A stretch of DNA of 64,000 nucleotides. It comes from Octopus vulgaris. Taxonomy: Eukaryota. The stretch is from assembly GCA_951406725.2 (NCBI GenBank), contig OX597838.1:36518001-36582000 (forward strand), written 5' to 3'. Positions 50,469 to 62,575 of this stretch are shown here, piece after piece (the first letter of the stretch is position 1; each line of letters begins with the position of its first letter). A program made the translations under genes and the position numbers. The notes below the pieces were generated by a model. It was not told where the DNA came from. It did no database searches and saw only the letters and a program-made list of their open reading frames with translations.

Positions 50469-50628
50469 ACGACAGGCTTCTTACAGTTTCCGTCTACCAA
50501 ATCCACTCACAAGGCTTTGGTCGGCCTGAGGCTACAGTAGAAGACACTTGCCCAAGGTGCCATGCAGTGGGAATGAACCCGGAAACATGTGGTTGATAAG
50601 CAAGCTACTTACCACACAGCCATGCCTG
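50205..50628 (-). mobile_element. SINE family A, full length
   Basis: Consensus match with CpG decay. Confidence 0.9.
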
Positions 50629-51269
50629 CTGCTCTTCTATCCATGACCATTATCCTTGCTAGTGCAGCTATGACCCAATGATGGGACTCTATGTGGTTAC
50701 TTAGCCTGCTAGAAATAGTAGCTGAATAACCCTCAAATCACACACACACACACATTTTCTTCCACTTAGGAAGGTATATATCAGATTATATGATCCTGAT
50801 TTTCCTGTGTATGGTGGAAATCATATGGGGTGGCCACAGTTAGAAGGAACTTCAATAATAGGTCTGATAGATCAGAACTAACCTTGGTCTAAACAGCGGA
50901 ACCAAAAACAAAGACCAGCAAAGACACCATGGAGAATGTCATGCCTGGCAAAGTCAACGTCTCATCTGACCAAAAGTAAACCATTTCTTCCCATTCTCTC
51001 TCTATTTTTTTCTCTCTCTGTTCTTCTCTCTCTCTCCCTCTTACTCTCCTATATCCTCTGGACTACACTCTCTTAATACACTATATCCACCTTCTCCCTC
51101 TTTCTCTCTCTCTCTCCTTTTACAGTTTTGACGTTAGACACATGCTGTGGTCTATATTTCATATCAATCCTGTTATAAGAATTTATGAAAAATCAACAAA
51201 AAAAAATCATGATTAGTCACAAAAACAAATTTTCAGTTTCCCCAAAACAAAAAAAGATTTGCTCCCAAA

Positions 51270-51405
51270 ATTTATATAAATTTATATATATATATATATA
51301 TGTATGTACGTATACATACAAATATGTGTGAATGTTTGGGCGTGTATATGTGTGCATTTATATATATATACATAAAACATGTGTATATATATATATATAT
51401 ATGTG

Positions 51406-51453
<48 letters not shown>

Positions 51454-51820
51454 GCATATATATATGTATATGCGTGTGTTATATGTATATTTATATATAT
51501 ATATATGCATATGTTTGTGTGTATATATGTATATATATGTACATACATGTATATGTATATATGTATATGTATATATATATATATGTATCTATGTATATAC
51601 ATATTATATATGTTTATATATGTATATATGCGTGTATATATGCATATATATATATATATATATGCATATATATTGTGTATATATATATATATGTATGTAC
51701 ATATATATGTATATGTATATATGTATATGTATGTATATATCTATGTATATACATATATATATGTTTATATATGCATATATATATGAATATATATGCATAT
51801 ATATATATGTATATATATTT

Positions 51821-51860
<40 letters not shown>

Positions 51861-51915
51861 CTGTATATATGTATGTATATATATATATGTGTATGTATGT
51901 ATATATGTGTTTATG

Positions 51916-51953
<38 letters not shown>

Positions 51954-52261
51954 TATGTATGTATACATATATGTTCATGTATGTATATATATATGTGTAT
52001 GTATATATGTTTATGTATGTATATATATATATGTTTATGTATGTATATATATAAGTTTATGTATATATATATATGTATATATATATGTGTATATATATAT
52101 ATGTATATGTATATATATATATGTATATGTATATATATGTGTATATATATATATATGTATATGTATATATATATATGTATGTATATATATATGTATATAT
52201 GTATGTATATATGTATATATGTATGTATATATATGTATGCATTTATATGGATGTATATATG

Positions 52262-52303
<42 letters not shown>

Positions 52304-52350
52304 TATATATATTTGTATATGTATATATACACACATACATACAAGTATGT
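51270..52350. repeat. Compound TA/TATG microsatellite of about 1.1 kb
   Basis: Seen directly; source of the spurious 358-aa ORF. Confidence 0.95.
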
Positions 52351-52521
52351 ATAACAACTACTACAAACGAAATTGATTTATTGCATATTTAAACAGAAAC
52401 TGAAATTTTTTTTTTTTAAATAAAATTTAGTAAGAAAAAAAAAATGTTGCCTAGCTATTCTGGTAATGCGATAATAGTGATAATAATAAAATAAGAAACA
52501 GTAACAACAACAACAATAATG

Positions 52522-52559
<38 letters not shown>

Positions 52560-52690
52560 GATAATAATCATTATTATTATTGATAAGAATCATTATTGCT
52601 ATTATGTATTGTACATTCTGATATATATTCACATACATACATACGTTTGTATTTACATGTATATATATGAGTGTGTGTATATATACATAC

Positions 52691-52729
<39 letters not shown>

Positions 52730-52759
52730 GGCGGTGAGCTGGCAGAAACAAGACACACA

Positions 52760-52801
<42 letters not shown>

Positions 52802-52917
52802 TATATAATTAAATAAATATGATAAAATAAAACTCTGTGGTAGTTTGAAAAATTGTTTTAGAGAATGAATGTAATGCGATAATAGTGATTAACCCCTTGT
52901 GGGTAGTAACAAAAAAT

Positions 52918-52963
<46 letters not shown>

Positions 52964-53029
52964 TATATCATATATGTATTATCTATGTGTGTCACACATA
53001 TATACAAGTAAAAATTACGCCTGCTTTTA

Positions 53030-53290
53030 TTCTTTTACTTGTTTCAGTCATTTTGACTGTGGCCATGCTGGATCATCATCTTTGTAGCTGAAGAAATCGA
53101 CCCCAGGACTAATTCTTTCTAAGCCTGGTACTTATTCTATCAGTTGCTTTTGCTGAACTGCTAAGTATTGGAGACGGAAGCACACTAACATCAGTTGTTA
53201 ACCATTGGTTGTGGCGGTGGTAGAGGAGTATCAAACACAGACACAAACATACAAGTATACACACACACACACAATGGGTTTTGGTCAGCT
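53030..53290 (-). mobile_element. SINE family A 3' half, diverged
   Basis: Consensus match. Confidence 0.75.
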
Positions 53291-53355
53291 CAAGAAAAGT
53301 ATTCTCCTCCATTCTGTTTTCAAAAATGTAGGCGAACACCTTTCTCCATGTGATC

Positions 53356-53422
53356 AGCTTGAAGAATTGTTAAGACACTAATATACTTTCCTACTTTTCT
53401 TAACACGAAACTAACAGTAGCT
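53356..53422 (+). ncRNA. Hammerhead-like motif (C3-to-U variant) in a short element ending at about 53497
   Basis: agc TTGAAGA at tgttaaga...tcttaaca c GAAAC taaca GTA gct; downstream aataaag..tccacc..tggtgttgagcactc resembles the 46808 element end. Confidence 0.5.
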
Positions 53423-53772
53423 TTAATTCACAAATAAAGAAATTTTATCCACCGATGTGGTGTTGAGCACTCATTTCATCATTTGACATTTACGGGTATA
53501 TATATATATATATATATATTATGGGTGTATGTAAATAAATAAAAGTGTATATAGGGATATATGATAGGCTTCTGCATAGTTTCCGTCATCTTGACTGTCC
53601 ATGCTCATCACATCATTGGTCGGCAAAGGATATAATAGAAAACACTTGTTTCATGTGTCACACAGACCCCCAAACCACAGGCTAATTAAGTGAACTTTTT
53701 AAACCTGACATTCATGTCAGCATCTATTATGAAAAATATATGTTAGATATATATACATACATAGATATATAT

Positions 53773-53942
53773 ATAGGGAGAATTCACAAAAAAATCAAAA
53801 GGCGAAGACAGGTGGTGTAGACAACAACAGATGTATTAGTATAATGCTTGGAAAGTGAAAAGGCCTTTAACGTTTCGAGTCTATGCTCTTCCACAGAAAG
53901 AAACAAGGAGAGAAAATAAAGAATGTGTAGTGGCTAGCGATT
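53773..53942 (-). mobile_element. Short element with a variant hammerhead-like motif (53865-53900)
   Basis: cttt CTGTGGAA gag-catagac-tc GAAACGTT aaag; architecture parallels 59395-59605; flanked by TA repeats. Confidence 0.55.
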
Positions 53943-53983
53943 ATACATATATATCTGTAATATAACATGGGAATATTATTTGG

Positions 53984-54058
53984 TTGCCGTAATAAGTCTC
54001 TGAGTTTCGGATGTTGGGCTGGAAACCTACTCCGGCATTTCGTCAGTTATCAAGGCAA
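53984..54058 (-). ncRNA. Degenerate hammerhead motif related to the 55749-55968 arms
   Basis: ttgccttgataa CTGACGA aatg...catcc GAAAC tcaga GAC ttattacggcaa; stem I pairs, but the cleavage triplet reads GAC rather than GUH. Confidence 0.55.
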
Positions 54059-54438
54059 TCAAAAAAATGCTATGAAAATGACCATTAAAAAAAATGGAAA
54101 TTACTATGTAATTGACTGTTATTAAGACAAAACGGCTATTAGAATGACCGTTACATACGGGGGAAAAAATACTGAAGAGGAGAAAGTAAGCAAGTAAGGA
54201 AGCAAAAATGCTCATAGAAATCGCATAAGCAGACATGTACATACATACACATGTGCGCATGCACACCCACATATGTGCCTATATACATATGCTCACTCAC
54301 ACTCACGTGAAACACATACATGCACACCCACACATGCGCCTATATATGCACATATATATGCAACCATTCATGTTCACATATGCCTATCGGCATATGTGCG
54401 TGCACATGTGCACATATCCATACACGCACAATTATATT

Positions 54439-54478
<40 letters not shown>

Positions 54479-54693
54479 TGTGTCATCACTTGACAACCAA
54501 TACTGATGTGTTTACGTCTCCGTAACTTAGCACTTCAGTGCAAGAAGCTGATGGTGTAAGTACTAGGTTTACAAAGAATAAGTCCTGAGAGCGATTACTT
54601 CATTTAAAAAAAACCCTTTAAGGCAGTACTCAAGCATGGGCGCAGTCAAACGAAAGAAACAAGTACAAGAAAATATGTATATAATTATATATA

Positions 54694-54741
<48 letters not shown>

Positions 54742-54744
<3 letters not shown>

Positions 54745-55335
54745 CATAGGAGTGGCTGTGTGGTAAGTGGCTTGCTTACCAACCATATGGTTCTGAGTTC
54801 AGTCCCACTGTGTGGCACCTTGGGCAAGTGTCTTCTACTATAGCCTCAGGCCGACCAAAGACTTGTGAGTGGATTTGGTAGATGGAAACTGAAAGAAGCC
54901 TGTCGTATATATATATGTATCTTTGTGTGTCTGTGTTTGTTCCCGAAACATTTCTTGATAACCGATGCTGGTGTCTTTAAGTCTCCGTAACTTAGCGGTT
55001 CGGCAAAAGAGACCGATACAATAAATACTAGGCTTACAAAGCCTATAGCCCTGGGCCGACCAATGCCTTGTGAGTGGATTTGGTAGACGGAAACTGAAAT
55101 AAGCCTGTCGTATATATGTATTTATATGTATGTATGTGTGTGTTTGTGTATCTGTGTTTGTCCCCCTAGCATTGCCTGACAACCAATGCTGGTGTGTTTA
55201 CGTCCCTGTAACTTAGCGGTTCAGCAAGAGAGACCGATAGAATAAGTACTAGGCTTACAAAGAATAAGTCCTGGGGTCGATTTGCTTGACTAAAGGCAGT
55301 GCTCCAGCATGGATGCAGTCAAGTTACTGAAACAA
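54742..55335 (+). mobile_element. SINE family A with an internal tandem restart at about 55041 (a diverged 3' half lies at 54480-54670)
   Basis: The body runs to ggcttacaaa, then restarts at ctatagccctgggccgacc. Confidence 0.85.
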
Positions 55336-55361
55336 ATAAAATAAAATAAATTACTTATGTG

Positions 55362-55393
<32 letters not shown>

Positions 55394-55748
55394 TACATAT
55401 ATATAAAATATCTTCGCATATTTTTAGAAAGAACTTCAGACGGTGCTATAATACTGAAAGATGAATGTGAAGAAAATTTTGTTTATTGCAAATATATATC
55501 GCTAATTTTCACTTATTTTTATATGTGTGAACGAGTCTATTTACTTCTGTTTATGTTGGTGGGTGTATCTGTAGCTGGTTATGTTTGTGTGGGTACAAGT
55601 GACTATATTCTTGAGTGGGTGTGGGTATGTGCTTTGGTATATATTGCTTCTATACATATATATATATATATATATTGGTAAAAACGGTAAGATAACAAAT
55701 GAAAGAAAGAGACCTCAATATTATGGAAATAGAGGAATTTATCTGTAA

Positions 55749-55968
55749 ATATAATATGTGACAATTATTCAGTAGCCAAGATAAAACTCTGAGTTTTGGA
55801 TGCCGAGGTGGAAATCCACACCACCATCACTTCAGTTATCTGGCCATCTTTTTTAATAGCATTTTTCTGATGGCTGGATACCTGAAGAGATGGTGGTGTG
55901 GATTTCCACCTCGGCATCTGAAACTCAGAGTTTTATCTTGGCTACCGAATAATTGTTACATATTATAT
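55749..55968. mobile_element. 100-bp-arm inverted repeat made of two divergently oriented hammerhead-like units (element starts at about 55675)
   Basis: Arms 55749-55848 and 55869-55968; the plus arm reads gatac CTGAAGA gatg..gtgga-tt-tccac..catc t GAAAC tcaga GTT ttatc. Confidence 0.75.
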
Positions 55969-55975
55969 ATATATA

Positions 55976-56281
55976 CTAGCAGTATCGCCCGGCATTGCTC
56001 GGGTTTGTAAGGGAGATAACTATATAAGCATTTTAGAGAGTTACTTCCCTTATATAAACCGAGCAAAAATGCATTAAAAAAATCAAAAAATGATGGTAAA
56101 TTTTTTTTAAATCGTAGACTCATCGTAGACGCACGCAAATACCCAGAAGGGCTCGATATGAATCACGACTATAAGATAACTGCTTTTGGTTAAACTGCAC
56201 CGCAAAATGTGGGAGTAGTTAGGAATCTAAATCGGAGTAGACAGATTCTCACACACACAACTTCAGTTTTATATATAAAGA
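55976..56281 (-). mobile_element. Non-autonomous Helitron (type 3), 306 bp
   Basis: Minus strand a|TCtttatatataaaactgaagttg ... cccgagcaatgccggg hairpin + cgatactgCTAG|t. Confidence 0.85.
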
Positions 56282-56307
56282 TATATATGTTTGTGAGTGT
56301 GTGTATG

Positions 56308-56632
56308 TGGAGGTGCAATGGCCTAGTGGTTACAGCAGTGGATTCACGATTGTAGGATCGTGGTTTTGATTCCTAGACTGGGTGTTGTGAGTGTTTATTG
56401 AGTGAAAAAAACCTAAAGCTCCACAAGACCTAGGCAGAGGGTGGTAGCGAACACTGCTGTACCTTTTCACCACAATTTTCTCTCACTTTTTCTTCTTGTT
56501 TCTGTCGTACCTAGATTTCAAAGGGGCCAGACTTGTCGCACTCTGTGTCATGCTGAATCTCCCCTGAGAACTACATTAAGGGTACACGTGTCTGTGGAGT
56601 GCTCAGCCACTTGCACGTTAATTTCTCGAGCA
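56308..56632 (+). mobile_element. tRNA-derived SINE (further family)
   Basis: ggaggtgcaatggcctagtggtta A-box, ggttttgattcc B-box-like, unique body. Confidence 0.65.
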
Positions 56633-56853
56633 TATATACTTCCAAACACACAAACTCACAGGCATACAAGCATGTACATATGTTAAACATATTTCAGCAT
56701 ATAGATGTGTGTATATATATATGTATGTATGTATATATATATATATATATATATATACGTATGTATATATATTACGTTTATATGTACATACTTATACACA
56801 CACACACACATATACATATATAAGCAAATATTAATGCCTTCATGTATGAATGA

Positions 56854-56906
<53 letters not shown>

Positions 56907-56909
56907 TTT

Positions 56910-56982
<73 letters not shown>

Positions 56983-57067
56983 GAGAGAGAAATCATACAT
57001 ATACTACTTTTGTAGCTTTTTCTCTTTCACTCACACACACATATACACACTTCACTAATGCATGTAT

Positions 57068-57100
<33 letters not shown>

Positions 57101-57669
57101 CATACTTGTGTATATATACACTATCTAGACATGCTAGAACAAAGCAACAAATAGATATTGAGTCTTTCATGATAATATCTGTTGAAACCAAAGTAGGAAT
57201 CTTGCGAACAATATATCATATCTCATATATATCATTTTACCATTTTGAATCAATTGCACAGCCATCAATGATAGACTCATACGTACATACATATACATAC
57301 ATATATACACACATAGAATTGTATATGAAAAACACTATATATTTTGTATATAGATAACGATAATATATTTCATATGCACACACATACATCTGTACAAATA
57401 TAGTAATATATCATATATATTTATATTGTTTATATATATATTGTATGTAATATATATAATTTGTATATAATGCATGTAATAAATATAATTTGTACATGCT
57501 AGTCATTATATATATGTGTATGATATATGTTTGTATATATTGTAATTTTAATATGATATATACATATACGTATATACATAATATATTGAATTTTAAATAT
57601 ATGTGTATAATGATTTCAATTTACTATATTTATGTGTACAGTGTGCGTATTGACATATATTATCAGATA

Positions 57670-58110
57670 CTATATACATCTATCTATATGTATATATGTG
57701 TGTGTGTGTATGTATGTATGTATGTATGTATGTATGTATATATATATGTGTGTGTATATATATATGTGTGTGTATGTATGTATGTATGTATGTATATATA
57801 AATGTGTGTGTGTGTATATATATATGTGTGTGTGTATATATATATGTGTGTGTATATATATGTGTGTATATATATATATATATGTGTGTGTGTGCATATA
57901 TATATATGGATATATATATATATATATATATGTACGTATATATGTGTGTGTATATTTGTATGTTTATATGTGTATATATGTATATGTATGTATATATCTA
58001 TATATACGTATGTATATATGTATGTATATATTTGTGTGTTTATATGTGTATGTATATATATATATATGTATGTGTACATATATGTATGTATATGTATATC
58101 TATATAGAGC
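57670..58110. repeat. Compound TA/TG microsatellite
   Basis: Seen directly. Confidence 0.95.
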
Positions 58111-58121
58111 TATACATATCG

Positions 58122-58434
58122 GACCATGGCATTGTACCTACAAAGTTACCCTCCGAGACACAAGTCCAGGCAAGGTTGTTTATGGAAGACCAGCAGTTGC
58201 CCAGGCATACCGGCTTCCCTTCTCCATGCCACCAATGTTATCCAAGGGAAAGGCAAAGGCTGATACAGCTTGGTACCAGTGACATGGCAACTCGTTTCTA
58301 CAGCTGAGTGAACTGGAGCAATGTGAAATAAAGTGTCTTTCTCAAGAATAAAGCATGCAGCCTGGTCTGGGAATCAAACTCACAAATTTCATGATCGTAC
58401 GCTTGATGCTGTAACCACTGAGCCATACGCCTTC
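58122..58434 (-). mobile_element. SINE family C
   Basis: Collinear with 29958-30280. Confidence 0.85.
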
Positions 58435-58461
58435 ACACACACACACACACACACATATATT

Positions 58462-58664
58462 TACTCTTTTACTTGTTTCAGTCATTTGACTGCGGCCATG
58501 CTGGAGCACCGCCTTTAGTCGAGCAAATCGACCCCGGGACTTATTCTTTGTAAGCCCAGTACTTATTCTATCGGTCTCTTTTGTCGAACCGCTAAGTGAC
58601 GGCGATGTAAACACACCAGCATCGGTTGTCAAGCAATGCTAGGGGGACAAACACAGACACACAA

Positions 58665-58714
<50 letters not shown>

Positions 58715-58877
58715 GACAGGCTTCTTTCAGTTTCCATCTACCAAATCCACTCACAAGGCATTGGTCGGCCCGAGGCTATAGCAGAAGACACTTGCCCAAG
58801 ATGCCACGCAGTGGGACTGAACCCGGAACCATGTGGTTGGTAAGCAAGCTGCTTACCACACAGCCAGTCCTGCGCCT
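58462..58877 (-). mobile_element. SINE family A, full length
   Basis: Consensus match. Confidence 0.92.
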
Positions 58878-59199
58878 AGTCAATAATAATAAGGGTATAC
58901 ATTGTTTTTGAGTATACATCGTCTAGGAGACTCTACTTATAGTAGGAGAAATAGCTAAATTCTTTGGCTGCTATTTCTAAAAGTTCGGTGTGTGGTAAAG
59001 TAAATGTTTTTGCTGAACCCTAATTATATAAAGTAATATATATATATATATATATATAATAATTCTATGTATATAATCATGTGTATGTATAATTGGCTGA
59101 TGCTAGTGCCACATGGAAAACTCTTATTGAGTGTTGGGCCTCACTGAGATGATGACCAAAATTATGTTGTGTTTCAGAAGAAGACCCATCAAGCCAAGT

Positions 59200-59393
59200 A
59201 AAATTGCAGTCATGTCAGGTACTGGTGTCACACAAACGGCACCTGTGCCAATATAATCTTAGAGTATTTGGCATAAGGAAGGGCATCCAAATTGGACTGG
59301 AGTCTGGGCAGCCTTCCAGCATACCAGCCCCAGTGAAACTCTCCAAACCATGCCAGTATGGACAATGGATGCTAAATGAGGATGGTGATGATA
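59200..59393 (+). mobile_element. Family E 3' part, diverged
   Basis: ggcataaggaagggcatcc..aaccatgccagtatgga..ggatgctaaatgaggatggtgatgat. Confidence 0.7.
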
Positions 59394-59394
59394 T

Positions 59395-59605
59395 GTATGT
59401 GACCTCGTGTGTACCGTTGGTGAATTTTTTTCCTCTGACTTCCCTTCTCTGGATCTTTCCTTCTCCTATGTTTCCGACGAAGAGCTCCGCTCGAAACGTT
59501 AAACCCTCCTTCTCTCCTTCTTTCCTGAGCGTCCAATAATACTATATTTGTTCCACGTTCTCGCATTGTTGAGTTTTTTTGTGCTTTCTTGTTTGGATTA
59601 ACTAT
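59395..59605 (+). mobile_element. Short pyrimidine-rich hammerhead-bearing element ending in (AT)n
   Basis: Contains the 59470-59504 motif; downstream ttcctgagcgt..taatac parallels 53773-53942. Confidence 0.6.
59470..59504 (+). ncRNA. Minimal hammerhead-like motif with palindromic stem III
   Basis: gttt CCGACGA-A gagc-tcc-gctc GAAACGTT aaac: 4-bp stem I, 4-bp stem II, AACGTT palindrome; U4-to-C change and an extra A in the core. Confidence 0.6.
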
Positions 59606-59606
59606 G

Positions 59607-59646
<40 letters not shown>

Positions 59647-59781
59647 TGTAAACATATATATGTATGTGTGTGTGTATATATATATACACACACCCATATA
59701 TATTTGCTGGTACTATAGTGCATATAATGTGTGTATGTATGTATATATATATATATATATATCTCAGATGTATTGAGAAGT

Positions 59782-59812
<31 letters not shown>

Positions 59813-60123
59813 TGCATGTATCTACATATATACATACACATTAAATGCTATATAGTACCACCAAATTTGAGTTTCACAATCAAATATGTGGCAGAACCTA
59901 CATGTAGCACCTACATGTAGCACCACCATCACAATTAATACACTCCTTGTATATGTTTGTACATATGCACACAAACACACATATATGCATTCATATATTT
60001 CATATATGTATATATATGCATACATACATACATACAGACATATATATATATATCTTATATGAAGATTTCTCTATATCTGAATGAAATTTTTAGTTCTAGT
60101 CCTGTAGAAGCTCCTTCTATATA

Positions 60124-60204
<81 letters not shown>

Positions 60205-60577
60205 TCTGTATATATACATTTATATATTTCATATATACATTTACATACATATATATATATATATATACACATTCATTATTTCAAATACATATATACATTA
60301 ATATATAGTTGTGTATATGTGTGTGTGTGTGTGTGTATATATGTATATATATGGGAGAGTGATAGGGAGGGAAAGAGATTTACAGACATAGAAATACCTT
60401 CATATTGTACACACACATACACACACACACACACACACATATATAGTAAATATATATATATATATTTGTAAAATTCAAAAATAACTATATAAAGCATACT
60501 TCCTTCATATATATTTCTGCTGTTTCCGAACTTCAAGCCATGATGTAACTACATTTGTTGTTGTTGTTGTTGTTGTT

Positions 60578-60618
<41 letters not shown>

Positions 60619-60799
60619 TATTATTAAGATTGTTGTTACTATTACGAAAGCTGTAAGGTGTTGGATATCTAAATAGGATATGCTATCGGATGTGAAAGTT
60701 CATATTTGAGCAAACAGACAATGAAAAAGAACAGACAGACAAACAGACAGACAGACGGGGACTGAGGTAGACAGACAGAAAGATTATCTATCTATCTGT

Positions 60800-60922
60800 C
60801 TGTCTGTCTATCTATCTATCTATATACACACAAACACACACACACATATATATATACATATATATATATATATATGTATATATATCTATATATATATATG
60901 TATATATGTGTATATATGTATG

Positions 60923-60969
<47 letters not shown>

Positions 60970-61480
60970 GTGTATATATAATATATGTATATATATATGT
61001 GTGTATATATATATGTATATATATATATGTGTGTATATATATATGTATATATATATATGTGTGTATATATATATGTATATATGTGTGTATATATATATGT
61101 ATATATATGTGTATATATATATATGTATATATATGTGTATATATATATGTATATATATGTGTATATATATATGTATATATATATATGTGTGTATATATAT
61201 ATGTATATATATATGTGTGTATATATATATGTATATATATATATATGTGTGTATATATATGTATATATATATGTGTGCGTATATATATGTATATATATAT
61301 ATATATATGTGTGTGTATATATATATGTAAATATATATATGTGTGTGTGTATATATATGTATATATATGTGTGTATATATATATTTGTATATATATATGT
61401 ATATATATCTGTATATATATATATATGTATATATAAATATATATGTATTTATATAAAGAGAGAGAGAGAGAGAGAGAGAA
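60800..61480. repeat. Compound TA/TG microsatellite
   Basis: Seen directly. Confidence 0.95.
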
Positions 61481-61556
61481 GTGTTGGGTGCTCAACTTGA
61501 TGCAGTGTCAATATTTGCATGTCTGCTTTGCATCTGCTTTTGTGTGCATTCATAGT

Positions 61557-61591
<35 letters not shown>

Positions 61592-61945
61592 CTCAAAGTG
61601 AACTCAACCCATTATTGTCTCAAATGTCTTTGGAATTAAGAAATACAACTAAAAACCATAATAATCACGTTATTGTTATCGTCGTCGTTGTCATCATCAT
61701 CATCATCATCACCGTTTTGGATATTATTATTGTTATTATCAATTTTGTTCTTTATGTTTTTATTGTTGTTGCTATTGTTATGTTCCGTGTAATATATATC
61801 TTGTACTATGTCTCTCTCCCTCCTCCCTCTCCCCTTTCACTCTCTCTCTCTTTTGTGTGTGTGTGTGTATGTATATATATAGTGGAACACAGAGAGATTT
61901 TGAGAGTCAGAAGTATACAAGCAGACACAGATACATAACACACAC

Positions 61946-61959
<14 letters not shown>

Positions 61960-61978
<19 letters not shown>

Positions 61979-62089
61979 GTACACACACATGCATATAAAC
62001 ATGTGTAAATATTTATATGAATTTGTAGATATTTGTGTGTAGGAGTATGCATTTATATATATATATATATAAACACACACACAGCTGCA

Positions 62090-62133
<44 letters not shown>

Positions 62134-62376
62134 AAGACATATGTGTGTGTAAATATATATACACTTATACACACACACACACGCATATAGATAAGCATAT
62201 AGACCCTGTGAATATATAGTGTGATGTGTATACACATATATATATGTACACATACATGCATATAAACATATGTAAATATTTATATGAATTTGTAGATATT
62301 TGTGTGTAGGAATATGCATTTATATACACATATACATATATATAGATTTATACGCACATACACACATGAATATATT

Positions 62377-62424
<48 letters not shown>

Positions 62425-62575
62425 GCTGTGTGTGTGTTTATATATATATATATATATATATTTGTGTAGACATGTGTGTGTGTGTAAATATATATACACT
62501 TATACACACACACACACACACATGCACATATATAAGCATATAGACCCTGTGAATATATAGTGTGATGTGTGTACA
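61960..62575 (+). repeat. Tandem duplication of microsatellite-embedded blocks
   Basis: gtaaatatttatatgaatttgtagatatttgtgtgtagga and gcatatagaccctgtgaatatatagtgtgatgtgt each occur twice. Confidence 0.8.

Noticed and set aside
51300-52376. 358-aa ORF and the many other YI/CV/HT-rich ORFs
   Set aside because: Translations of TA/TG/CA microsatellites, which lack stop codons by composition.
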